Assembly (NCBI GenBank): GCA_033763315.1
Contig: JANRKS010000019.1
Span: 1-64,000, forward strand
Source of the DNA: Deltaproteobacteria bacterium
Lineage (GTDB): Bacteria; Myxococcota_A; Polyangia; Fen-1088
Length of the DNA stretch: 64,000 nucleotides
Reading direction: 5' to 3'
In this document: positions 29,111 to 38,492 of the stretch, piece after piece
Numbering within the stretch: the stretch's first letter is position 1
Layout: every line of letters begins with the position of its first letter
Notes under the pieces: generated by a model
Told to the model about the DNA's origin: nothing
Database searches by the model: none
What the model saw: the letters and a program-made list of their open reading frames with translations, nothing else
Translations under genes and position numbers: made by a program

Positions 29111-31132
29111 TTAGTTGCCTGGATGAAATTCGGGAAGCTTGGCATCGTGCACAAAGCGAATGTCGTCTATTGAGAACTCGTACGTGCCGCTCATCCACAG
29201 GCCAACGTTGTGGATCTCGGGATCAATGACGCCGTTGTTTCGACGCAGCGTTTTACTGAAGTCTTGCAGGGGTACTTGCAGAAAGTATGGCTCCGTGCCT
29301 GCGAGGAAATCGGGGATCTCCATTTGCCAGATCTCGTCCGAGCCGTCGATGAACCCCACTGAGACGCGTCCCTCCTCGCCCGGGTTGGCCAGCGGGTTCG
29401 GCCACACCCACATGCGCAACGCATTCATCCCCGAGATGTCTCGCGCGGGCTTCAGCACCGTTGCAAAGCCATTATAGGAATCGAGCGTCCCTTTGCGCCG
29501 AATCGTCAAGCCTTGGGCTCCGGCAGATTTGCGTTCTGTTTGCACTGATGGGGTCACGCCAACGCTCCAGACGGGCTGATACCAACGCGAGAAGATGTTG
29601 CTCACATTCTCGAAGTCTTCGATCGGCACAGAATCGTCAAAGGCGGGGGCCACCTTCAACCGATAGGAATGCTGTCCATCGGCTGCCTTTCTCGCTTGCA
29701 ACCCTGGCGGCGCGAGAGTCAATAGCGCCCGACGGCCCACTTCAAGTTGCGCTTCAGGCACACCGACTTTTCTTAACGCCGATCCGAAATCGTTCACGGC
29801 CCCTTTGATTTGTCCTTGATCCAGGTCCTTCGGATTGATGACTTGGTCCACGTCGCCTGCCAACCACAAAACCAAGCCGGGCTCATCCACGCGTTTGCCG
29901 CGAAGCAGTTTCGAGATCGTCCGAGCGAACGCCGCAACGGCTGGCTCTCGAAGGTCCTTACGATCCTCAGCGATGGCTAAGACGGCCGCAACGATTTGCT
30001 TCTCTGAATGTGCCGAGACGTTCTGAAACACCAAGCGCAGCGCCGTGGTGGCCTCAAGTCGCTTCGCCGAGATATGCCTATAAAGGCCCACATTATCGAT
30101 AAAGAGTAGGCCTTTGCCTTGTGGATCGGCCACCCGTATGGAGATCTGATCGAGGCACTCATCGAGCAGCAAAGGAACGCCCTGCCGGGGACTTGATGGG
30201 GTAGCGCCTTGTTTGGGCGAAAATGCGAAGAACGGAACCTTGATGACGTCGCCATCCGGAAGCGGTAGCGGCGGCGTTTCCCACCACTGTTGCGCGTGGT
30301 TCTTTGCCTCAACGGTGAACGTCTTGGCGGTGCCAACGTTCTTCATCCATAACCGAAGCCCTTCAAAGCCACGCGCGTCGGCCTCGATAAAGCTGGACAC
30401 ACCCACAACACGTGGGCTTTCGTAGTTAAGCACCAAAGACGCCCCAGACTCTCGGCGATCTGTGGCGCTGCTTTGTGTGTTTACGTCGCCCAAATGCACG
30501 TCCTTCCCAACTGGTTTCCAGTGTTGAAAGACGTCCAGTGGCGTTTTGTATCGGTCGAAACCTTCGAGCTCGATTTTGGCCTTCTCCTTGACGAACTCAA
30601 AGCCGTCAATCGCGATGCTGCCTTCGCCGGCCGGGCCACTCACCAGGATCCAGAGCTCTTCTAGAAGTTCATCCTTGGCCCCAACACCAAGCCGAGAAAA
30701 GGGGACGGTTACCTGCACGGGGGACTTGGCGTTCAACTTCAAAAGGTCCTTCGTCTCGAACGCCTTTTGTGCGTGGTTTTTGATCCCTATGTTGAAGGTG
30801 CGTCCGCTGCCATCAGGCAAAATCCAAAAGCGGATGGCGTCGTATGGACGCGGATCGCGGTCGATGAAGGACGCCCGCGTTCCATACTTTCCCAGCCTGT
30901 AGTTCCACCGAAGCGCCTTACCACCAGCCTTGAGGAAGGCCTTCTCAAGACGAACAACGGAAGGCTCGCCGTGAGGTTGGCGCCATTGCTTCGCCAGATC
31001 CTCATCAGTCTCGTATGAGTCAAAACTTTCAAACGACATGGTGGCAGGCGCATCCGCCTTGGCCGCTGGCGAAAAAAGCACCGCCGCCATCACGCCACTC
31101 ATACACAAAGACCGCACTGCGTTTACATCCAT
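29111..31132 (-). CDS. Secreted protein with three CBM11/CIA30-like galactose-binding-fold domains and a central helical domain; no catalytic domain
   Basis: Signal peptide. Three modules each begin with (F/L/I)ExF(D/E) and end IDxxx(F/L), with an internal Dxx(G/P)xx(A/G)(I/L)RxW. Modules 1 and 2 share KNHAQ. Confidence 0.7.
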   Translation of the reverse strand: MDVNAVRSLCMSGVMAAVLFSPAAKADAPATMSFESFDSYETDEDLAKQWRQPHGEPSVVRLEKAFLKAGGKALRWNYRLGKYGTRASFIDRDPRPYDAIRFWILPDGSGRTFNIGIKNHAQKAFETKDLLKLNAKSPVQVTVPFSRLGVGAKDELLEELWILVSGPAGEGSIAIDGFEFVKEKAKIELEGFDRYKTPLDVFQHWKPVGKDVHLGDVNTQSSATDRRESGASLVLNYESPRVVGVSSFIEADARGFEGLRLWMKNVGTAKTFTVEAKNHAQQWWETPPLPLPDGDVIKVPFFAFSPKQGATPSSPRQGVPLLLDECLDQISIRVADPQGKGLLFIDNVGLYRHISAKRLEATTALRLVFQNVSAHSEKQIVAAVLAIAEDRKDLREPAVAAFARTISKLLRGKRVDEPGLVLWLAGDVDQVINPKDLDQGQIKGAVNDFGSALRKVGVPEAQLEVGRRALLTLAPPGLQARKAADGQHSYRLKVAPAFDDSVPIEDFENVSNIFSRWYQPVWSVGVTPSVQTERKSAGAQGLTIRRKGTLDSYNGFATVLKPARDISGMNALRMWVWPNPLANPGEEGRVSVGFIDGSDEIWQMEIPDFLAGTEPYFLQVPLQDFSKTLRRNNGVIDPEIHNVGLWMSGTYEFSIDDIRFVHDAKLPEFHPGN

Positions 31133-31328
31133 GCCTGCGTGATAGCTGCCTCGCTAAGGGCAACGCCACCAACGAAGCGCGTGCGCGAAAGGATTTCTTA
31201 ACAAGTGTTGCCGGAAGAATGCCGGCGGCGTTTCGGCAATTAACGTTTGTGGATCGAGGATGCTCGCCTGGCAAAGCACAATCCCCACCATGAAACCGGT
31301 CTTCCCTGTCTCCGTAAACGCCGCCACC

Positions 31329-32117
31329 ATGATGCCCCGTCGGTCGCTGCTTGGCCTCGCTTCCCTCGGCCTATCAATCATGGGTTGTCGAACCACGAGT
31401 CCCGCCAATGGCCACGCCGTCGATTCGTTGGCGGGCAGGCTTGAGGGGGTGTGGCAGTTCCGCAGCCATACGCGCCATGCCGACGGTTCGTCAAAGTCGG
31501 GCCATTTGCACGGCCTAAAGTTCATGTCGAATGGCCATTTCGGCCTTGTGTTCTACAAGCCCGAAGACTCGAAGTTTGTGGGGACAATCGTTGGCACTTA
31601 CGTTGCCCTGCCTGACAACCGCCACTATCGCGAAAACTACCGCCTGTTCAACTTCGGCCGCGACACGGAGGCGCACTCAATCGTGTTCCTGGCGCGATTT
31701 TCGACTGACGCTTATGAGCATGTCGCCGAAGGCATCTATGGTTATGACGAAGCCTTCGCAAGAGCCAGTACGGGCGAAGGCGTGCCTGGGTGGTCAGGCA
31801 CATGGCGGCTTGACGTTCAGCGACCGGTGCAGACTTGGCCGCAGGCGGCGGCGGGGACGCGAATCATTATTGGTGATCGGTTTCTCGACGCGTGGGGCGT
31901 CGATACCTTCTCATTCTTGGGTCTTCGCACCGGCCGCATCGCCCGTTCGCCCGATGGCAAAGTCACGCTCACAACAGACATTCAAAGCTGGGAAGGTGAC
32001 CGTACGCCTGAGGTTGTGGTGGCGCAAAAGTCGCTCGCGGCCGGCGCCCTCGAACTGCAATGCAGCGACGGAGTGGCTCGGCGCCTCGTCCGCGAGCCTC
32101 CGCACACCGAGGTGTGA
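31329..32117 (+). CDS. Lipoprotein with tandem lipocalin-like (GxW) beta-barrel domains
   Basis: RR-containing signal with lipobox IMGC, and repeats LEGVWQF / WSGTWRL. Start uncertain (31260, 31290 or 31329). Confidence 0.6.
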   Translation: MMPRRSLLGLASLGLSIMGCRTTSPANGHAVDSLAGRLEGVWQFRSHTRHADGSSKSGHLHGLKFMSNGHFGLVFYKPEDSKFVGTIVGTYVALPDNRHYRENYRLFNFGRDTEAHSIVFLARFSTDAYEHVAEGIYGYDEAFARASTGEGVPGWSGTWRLDVQRPVQTWPQAAAGTRIIIGDRFLDAWGVDTFSFLGLRTGRIARSPDGKVTLTTDIQSWEGDRTPEVVVAQKSLAAGALELQCSDGVARRLVREPPHTEV

Positions 32118-32227
32118 GCGCGTACTCGCAACGTCCACCGAAAGCGATCGCGCCACTTAGGGGGCATTGGGGCTCATAAGCCCGCAGCCGCTCACCTTTG
32201 CAACGGCGGCTTTGGGACGGGTTCAAA

Positions 32228-33574
32228 TCACCGGAGACGCAGCGTCGCCAGCGTTTCCACATGCGGCGTATCCGGCAGCATGTCGAACGGCACCACTTGC
32301 GCAACGGCATACCCCAGCGTCGCAAGCGTTCCCAGATCGCGGGCCAGCGTCTTGGGGTTGCAACTCAAATACGCAATGCCCTCAGGCGCCCGCGCCGCCA
32401 CGCCGTTGAGCACTTGCTCGTCACATCCCGCGCGCGGCGGGTTCAGCACCACAACGTCGGGCCTGCTGGCAGCGCTCGCAAGGATCGTGGCCGCATCACC
32501 CGCAACCGCCTCGAAGTGCGCGCCTGATGCGTCTTTCCATGCGGCGCGTGCATCATCCACAGCGGTGGGCCGGATTTCAACGCAGACCACATTCTTCACG
32601 CGCGGCTCGCGTTGCGCGATCACACGCGCGATGGTGCCCACGCCCGCATACACATCCCAAACGCACGCCGCTTGTGGCAACGTGCGCGCGAACGCAGCGA
32701 TCGCCTCATACGCCAACGCCGCCACGTGGCGGTTCACTTGGAAAAATGCGCGCGGCGACAGTTGCAGATCAACCTCCGCCACCGCGTCGCTCAACACGCC
32801 CGCGCCACGCACAACCACATCGCGATCGCCGAAGATCACGTCGCCCAAGCTGCCATTGATGTTCGCCACCACGCCCACGATGCCAGCCACATCCGCCATC
32901 ACCGCATCGGCCAGCGCCGCCAAGCCGGGCGCGCGCGCCTCAGCCTCATCGCGCACCACCAACGTGAGCAGCGTTTGCCCCCGCGCGTTCGCACGCACCA
33001 CCACGTACCGCACATCAACGTTCGACGTCCGCAGCCGTTCCTTCACCGCCGAGGCCACAACATCGATCGCAGGCTCCACCAAAGCGCAGCCCACAAGATC
33101 CACAACGTCGTGCGTGCGCGGCGCATACCCACCCAGCCGCACGCCACCCGCGTCCTTCGCCACCACATACTTACCTTGGTTGCGGTACCCACGCGTCACC
33201 GGCGATGCCACGCACGCCTGCACAGCCGCATTCACCCCACGCTCAACCAGAGCCTCAACCACCAGCGTCGTTTTCCAGCGCAGCTGCTCCGCACAATCCA
33301 TGTGCTGCCACACGCAGCCGCCGCATGTGCCAAACGCGGGGCAGGGCGCTGGCACATGATGGGGCCCGTCGCTTTGCACCTCCACCACGCGGGCCCACGC
33401 TTGCCGCCGTTGCGCCGTTTTGTGCGGCGACACGTGCTCAACCTGCGCGCTTACACGATCGCCGGGCAGCACGCCTGGCATCAGCACGGCCACGTCATCG
33501 CCAAAAAACGCCACGCCGGCGCCGTCGGCGTTCATGCGCTCGCACGTCAATGTGAGTGTGTCACCTCGCTTCAT
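32228..33574 (-). CDS. rlmD: 23S rRNA m5U methyltransferase (RlmD/RumA family)
   Basis: TRAM domain, CPAFGTCGGC Fe-S motif, AFFQVN, NPPRAG, YLSCNPKTLARD, DMLPDTPHVE. Confidence 0.93.
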   Translation of the reverse strand: MKRGDTLTLTCERMNADGAGVAFFGDDVAVLMPGVLPGDRVSAQVEHVSPHKTAQRRQAWARVVEVQSDGPHHVPAPCPAFGTCGGCVWQHMDCAEQLRWKTTLVVEALVERGVNAAVQACVASPVTRGYRNQGKYVVAKDAGGVRLGGYAPRTHDVVDLVGCALVEPAIDVVASAVKERLRTSNVDVRYVVVRANARGQTLLTLVVRDEAEARAPGLAALADAVMADVAGIVGVVANINGSLGDVIFGDRDVVVRGAGVLSDAVAEVDLQLSPRAFFQVNRHVAALAYEAIAAFARTLPQAACVWDVYAGVGTIARVIAQREPRVKNVVCVEIRPTAVDDARAAWKDASGAHFEAVAGDAATILASAASRPDVVVLNPPRAGCDEQVLNGVAARAPEGIAYLSCNPKTLARDLGTLATLGYAVAQVVPFDMLPDTPHVETLATLRLR

Positions 33575-33577
33575 GGA

Positions 33578-34903
33578 TCACCGGGTGTGCCGCAGGTTTG
33601 GCAAGAACAAGCCATAAACGCCTGGCAGGGCGCCTAACAATCCCATCCACAAGAACAAGGTGGGCACCGCCACCCATTCCGAAAGAAAGCCAACCAAAGG
33701 ATTTGATAGCGCCGTCATACCAAACACGGTGACGTTGATCAGCGCGAACGCACGACCGTGCAAATGCCCGGGCACCACTTGCTGCACCAACACCGTGCGC
33801 GGAATGATGATGAGCGGGATCACCAAGCCGTGAAACGCCTGCGCCCACTGCACATGCTCCAGCGTGTGACAAAAGGCAAACGGCACGAACGTGAGGCCAT
33901 CCAGCACGATGCCCAATAAGATTGTGGGGCCCTTGGGCAGGCGTTTGCCGAACGACCAGAACAGCAGGCTACCGATCGCCATACCCAAGAAGAAATACTT
34001 CAACGTGCTGCCATACGACGCCAAATCCAAGTGCAGCGTCTCATAGACCAACACCGGCACGGCCACGTGTGCGAGGCCCATGATCACAAGGTTGTTCAAC
34101 GTGCCCACCAGCACAAGCGCCGCGATGGGGCGCACGCGCATCACCTTTAGCGCGCCTTCGAATCCGTCACGGATTGTGCGTCGCAAGGGTAAAAAGTCTT
34201 TGTCGTGTTTATGCGGCGCCGATTCTTCGCGGTACCGGCGCGATACCGTGCGGGGCAACAAAGCGATGCACACAGCAGAGAAGAAGAACGTGGCGGCGTC
34301 CACCGAAAGCAGATGGATGTTGCCCAGACGCGGCGCCACCAGTGACGCCACCAGGGGCCCCATCACGAAGGCTGCGTATTCAGCGATCTGAAACAGCGAA
34401 ATGGCGCGCGTCAGGTGCTCTGGCGGCGTGAATTCGGGAAGCATGGCCTTGATCGCTGGGTTGAATAATGTGGCCCCCATCGCCAACACAAACACCGCCA
34501 CCCCCAACGTGATGCCACCCAAGGCGCCTGTGGCGTGCAGCAGAGGAATGGCCCCCACAGCCAGGCCGCGCAGCACGTCGGCCCACAACATCACACGCCG
34601 ACGATCGTATCGGTCCACCAACGCGCCGGCGAACAAGCCAAAGATGATGGCGGGTGCATACTTGAGCCCCGACACCAAACCGGCCGCGCCCTTCGACCCC
34701 GTGGCGTCGATCGCGATGAAGATGATGGCCGTCAGAAACAGGGCGTCGCCCACGTGCGAAACCACCTGGCCCACCCACAACAGGCCCAGCAGGCGCTTCC
34801 ATTGCGGGTACGCGGCCGCGGGCGCTGGGGCGTCGGGGACGCTGACGGCGGGCAGGGCAGGGCTCGTCGAAAACGAGGCGGCGTCCTCGGGGATTTCGCT
34901 CAC
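33578..34903 (-). CDS. MFS transporter (DHA3/macrolide-efflux-like)
   Basis: About 12 TM helices and motif A GALVDRYDRRRVM. Start uncertain. Confidence 0.9.
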   Translation of the reverse strand: MSEIPEDAASFSTSPALPAVSVPDAPAPAAAYPQWKRLLGLLWVGQVVSHVGDALFLTAIIFIAIDATGSKGAAGLVSGLKYAPAIIFGLFAGALVDRYDRRRVMLWADVLRGLAVGAIPLLHATGALGGITLGVAVFVLAMGATLFNPAIKAMLPEFTPPEHLTRAISLFQIAEYAAFVMGPLVASLVAPRLGNIHLLSVDAATFFFSAVCIALLPRTVSRRYREESAPHKHDKDFLPLRRTIRDGFEGALKVMRVRPIAALVLVGTLNNLVIMGLAHVAVPVLVYETLHLDLASYGSTLKYFFLGMAIGSLLFWSFGKRLPKGPTILLGIVLDGLTFVPFAFCHTLEHVQWAQAFHGLVIPLIIIPRTVLVQQVVPGHLHGRAFALINVTVFGMTALSNPLVGFLSEWVAVPTLFLWMGLLGALPGVYGLFLPNLRHTR

Positions 34904-34941
34904 CTTCCGACAGGCCCCCCGTGTGTCATAGTTGCCCAAAG

Positions 34942-36330
34942 ATGCGTCGTTTGATCGTTCTGCTGGCCGGGTGCGCGGCTGTTTTTTCGCACTGGCCCGC
35001 CGTGGCCGCCGCCCCCGTGGCTCGCTCCGTTGCGCAGACCAAAAGCAAAGGCGTTTCGCTGCAAACGTGGGCTTTGAAGAATGGTTTGAAGGTGGTGTTT
35101 GCGGCTCGGCAAGGGGCGCCTCTGGTCAGTGTTCAGATTGTCTACCATGTTGGATCGCGTGACGAGAAAGCTGGCACACGCGGCCTCGCCCGCATAATGC
35201 GAGAGCTGATGTTTCGCGGGTCTGCACGGGTGCCCCCCGGGGGCCACAGCCGGCTGATTGCGCGCGTGGGTGGCCGCGTGGCGGCGCACGGGGATGAAGA
35301 CATCACCGCCTTCGCCAACACGGTGCCTGCCCCCTACACCGAAATGGCGATCGAGCTTGAGGCCGAACGCATGCGGGGGCTGTCGCTCAAAGAGGCTGAC
35401 GTGGCGGCCGTGCGCCAGTTTGTGTTGCGGTCGCGCCAACGCCAGGTGGATGGCAGCGCGCTTGGAAAATCGATTGAGCTGCTGCGGGGAGACGTGTTTG
35501 GCGGCCACCCATATGCCAATGGCGTGATGGGCGTCGTGGCTGATCTGCGCCGCATCAGTGTTGATGATTGTGCGCGTTTTCACCAAACGCACTTTGGCCC
35601 CAACAACGCCACGCTTGTGGTGGCGGGCGCGATCTCCGAAGCGGCGCTGCGCCCACTGGTGGAAAAGCATTTCGGTGCCATTGCACCAAACCCCGCTCTG
35701 GCCGCGCGTCAGGGGTTCACACCTGCGCCAGCGGCGCCTGCCAAAGCTTTGAAACTGCCGGTGGAAAAGCCCATGGTGGCCATCGGGGTGCCGCTGCCGC
35801 GTTTATCACCGCGTGAACGTGCCTCGGTTTATGTGCTTTCTGAAGTGCTCGCGGGTGGATCGGCTGGCCGTCTGAGCCGACGTTTGGTGGGGCCGAAATC
35901 AGCGGCGTTGGCGGCGGGCGGAGCCCCGTTGGCGCTCGAAGACGGCGGCGTGTTGGTGTTGTTTGCCGTGCATCAGCCTGACCACACGTCTGATGAGATC
36001 CGCCGCATCATGCTGGATGAGCTGGCACAGATGCGCGATAAGCCGATCGATCTCGAAGAGCTCACGCAAGCAAGGTTGCGGGCCGCGGCCACTGTTGCGG
36101 GTGCTCTTAGCAGCACGGAGGGCTTGGCCAATGCGTTGGCCATGGCCACGGCCGTGGAAGGCGAGCTTGAGCAAGCGATGCTGCGGCCACAACAGATTCT
36201 TGACGTCAGCCAAAGCGACATCGGCCGGTTGGCCAACCAATACTTGCGCGAAGACATGCTGTCGATCTTGATGTTGACCCCCGAGGGGCGGCCCGCGGCT
36301 GAGGCTTCGCAACCCAAAGGCACGCCATGA
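34942..36330 (+). CDS. Exported M16B insulinase-family alpha-type subunit, predicted inactive
   Basis: LKNGLKV, YHVGSRDE..G.RGLA, LEAERM, HPY, PNNATLVVAG. HXXEH is replaced by RIMRE. Confidence 0.88.
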   Translation: MRRLIVLLAGCAAVFSHWPAVAAAPVARSVAQTKSKGVSLQTWALKNGLKVVFAARQGAPLVSVQIVYHVGSRDEKAGTRGLARIMRELMFRGSARVPPGGHSRLIARVGGRVAAHGDEDITAFANTVPAPYTEMAIELEAERMRGLSLKEADVAAVRQFVLRSRQRQVDGSALGKSIELLRGDVFGGHPYANGVMGVVADLRRISVDDCARFHQTHFGPNNATLVVAGAISEAALRPLVEKHFGAIAPNPALAARQGFTPAPAAPAKALKLPVEKPMVAIGVPLPRLSPRERASVYVLSEVLAGGSAGRLSRRLVGPKSAALAAGGAPLALEDGGVLVLFAVHQPDHTSDEIRRIMLDELAQMRDKPIDLEELTQARLRAAATVAGALSSTEGLANALAMATAVEGELEQAMLRPQQILDVSQSDIGRLANQYLREDMLSILMLTPEGRPAAEASQPKGTP

Positions 36331-38480
36331 AACACTTCGCGTTGACCATCACGTGTTGGCTCGCATGCGTGCCTGCCGTTGCCTGGGCGCAACCGAAAGC
36401 GCCGGTGCCCATTGATGTGCCTGCGGCTCCTGGCGCGGCTGTGTGGGCGTGGCCCGCTGAACAGGCCTTCACTTTGCGCAACGGCTTGCATGTTGCGGTC
36501 ATCACCAAGGCAGATGAATCGTTGGTGAATGTGGCTTTGTTTGTCCCCGCGGGTAAGGCCACGGAAACGCCTCAAACGCGCGGTGCCGCCGATCTGGTGG
36601 CTGGGTGGGTGCGTGCCGGCTCTTCACGTCGCGACGCCATGCCGCTTGAGTTGCGCGTGGAGGAGTTGGGAGCCGACGTGCAGGTTCAGGTGGATCGCCT
36701 CGGCACCACGCTGTTGTGCAAGGCGATGTTTCCGCGTCTTCAAGGGTGCTTGGCGTTGCTTGCGGATCTCGTGGAGGCGCCCGCGTTCAAATCCGATCGT
36801 TTGATCGAGGTTCGTTCGCAATTGGCGGCGCAGGTGCGCCAGCAGTTGGCTTCTGATGAGGGGCGCGCACGGGCCCACTTTTACAATTTGGTGTTCGGCG
36901 ACGAGCACCCCGCGGGCCAAGCTGTGCAGCCCGATGACATCGGCGGCCTCACGGAAGCCACGCTGCGTGCGTTTTGGCAGCAATGGTATCGGCCCAACCT
37001 TTCACGCCTCGTCGTGGTGGGCAACGTTTCATCCGATGTGGTCAACCAAGCCGCTGCCGCAGCTTTCAAAGGTTGGAAGGCCGGCGCTTCCCCGCGCGCC
37101 CCTTCACCGCCTGTGCCCGTTCGCGAAGGCACACGCTTGTTGTTGGTGGACTCGCCCACCGCCCCACAAGCCACCTTGATGTTTGGGCACATGCTGGCCG
37201 CAAAAGACGCTGCGGAATGGGCAGCGCTTGAATCACTCACGTTTGTTTATGGCGGCGCGGGCCTGGGCTCGCGGTTGGCGCAGAATGTGGCCACCAAAGG
37301 TTTGATCGCGGCCGGCGGCGCGGCGTTGGAGCCAACGGCGCAGGGCCGCCTGCTGCGCACAACTTTGCAGGCGCCTGCTGCAAAAACGTGGGACGCGTTG
37401 CTTGCGGCTGCCAGCCAACTCAAGGCGTTTGCGGAACAAGGTGTTTTGCCCGCCGAATTGGCCGAGCTCAAGGCCCGCTCGGCCGCGGTTGATCCCTTGC
37501 AGCTTGAAACAGGAGACGGCTTGGCCCTCGCTGTGTTGGAAGCAGAGGCTGTAAAGACCGGAGGCCTTTCTTATTTCAAAGCGTTAAGCAAAGCTGTTGA
37601 GGTTGTGGACAACAAGGCGCTGCAATCGGCGGCCTCGCGTCTTAAGCCTGATGCGCTGGCCGTTGTGATCGTGGGGCCCGCTAAAGTAATCGCCCCGCAG
37701 TTGCAAAAGGCCAAGGTGCGATTCGAGCAGATTGCGTTCGAAGATCCGTTATCGGTGTCGGCGCGCGCACGCCGCGATCGGCTTGTGCACAACGACGCCG
37801 CCACGTCGGCCGAAAGCATGCAAGCGCGTGGCCTCATTATGAAGGCATTGGCGGCAGCCGGCGGTGCGCCGGCGTGGCGTGCGCTCACCACCTTGACGGT
37901 GAAAAAGCAGGGCCAGCGCCGTGAAGGCGGCCGCATCGTGACGATGACCAGCACCACGCATTACCGCCGCCCCAATGATGTGCGTGTGGAGCAAGAAGCG
38001 CGTGTGCGTGACAAAGTTGTGGGCCAAGCGGCCTTCGTTCTGACCGCCCAACAAGTGCGAGGCACAAACGCCAAAGGCGCTTTGGTGGCGTTGCCTGCCG
38101 AAAACGTTTCGCGCTTGCGGGCGGCCACTTTCGAAGACGTTGTGTTTATCTTGCTCAACATCCTCGACGCCAAACCTCCCGTGCCCGTGGCGCCCAAACA
38201 GCCGTGGGTGGAAAAGGGCGTAAGTTACCCTGGGATAGAAGTGCAGGTTCCTGCGGGCGCGTGGATCTCGCTTTACTTTGATCCCAACACGAATCTGCTT
38301 TCGCGCGTACGTTCACCCGATGTGGCGGGCGGTGAAAGCGAACAGCGCTTGTTGGATTGGCGCGACGTGGGCGGCTTGAAGTTTCCGTTCAAGCAGCTGT
38401 CGTTTGGGCCGAACACGTCAGAAGCCACGCTCACCGACGTGCAAATCAATCCCGTGTTGCCGCCCACACTGTTTGAATGA
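36327..38480 (+). CDS. Exported M16B beta-type (non-catalytic) subunit fused to a C-terminal LolA-like domain
   Basis: LRNGLHV, FGDEHPAG, YRPNLSRLVVVG, LVDSP.APQA, GSRL. The C-terminus LYFDPNTNLLSR...DWRDVGGLKFPF...VQINP resembles a LolA-like fold. ATGA overlap with the upstream gene. Confidence 0.82.
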   Translation: MKHFALTITCWLACVPAVAWAQPKAPVPIDVPAAPGAAVWAWPAEQAFTLRNGLHVAVITKADESLVNVALFVPAGKATETPQTRGAADLVAGWVRAGSSRRDAMPLELRVEELGADVQVQVDRLGTTLLCKAMFPRLQGCLALLADLVEAPAFKSDRLIEVRSQLAAQVRQQLASDEGRARAHFYNLVFGDEHPAGQAVQPDDIGGLTEATLRAFWQQWYRPNLSRLVVVGNVSSDVVNQAAAAAFKGWKAGASPRAPSPPVPVREGTRLLLVDSPTAPQATLMFGHMLAAKDAAEWAALESLTFVYGGAGLGSRLAQNVATKGLIAAGGAALEPTAQGRLLRTTLQAPAAKTWDALLAAASQLKAFAEQGVLPAELAELKARSAAVDPLQLETGDGLALAVLEAEAVKTGGLSYFKALSKAVEVVDNKALQSAASRLKPDALAVVIVGPAKVIAPQLQKAKVRFEQIAFEDPLSVSARARRDRLVHNDAATSAESMQARGLIMKALAAAGGAPAWRALTTLTVKKQGQRREGGRIVTMTSTTHYRRPNDVRVEQEARVRDKVVGQAAFVLTAQQVRGTNAKGALVALPAENVSRLRAATFEDVVFILLNILDAKPPVPVAPKQPWVEKGVSYPGIEVQVPAGAWISLYFDPNTNLLSRVRSPDVAGGESEQRLLDWRDVGGLKFPFKQLSFGPNTSEATLTDVQINPVLPPTLFE

Positions 38481-38492
38481 AGGCGGGCGGGG

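Noticed and set aside
32280-33637. Long antisense ORFs over rlmD (also over dnaE, lon, clpB and fusA)
   Set aside because: Expected shadow ORFs in GC-rich DNA, with no recognisable motifs.
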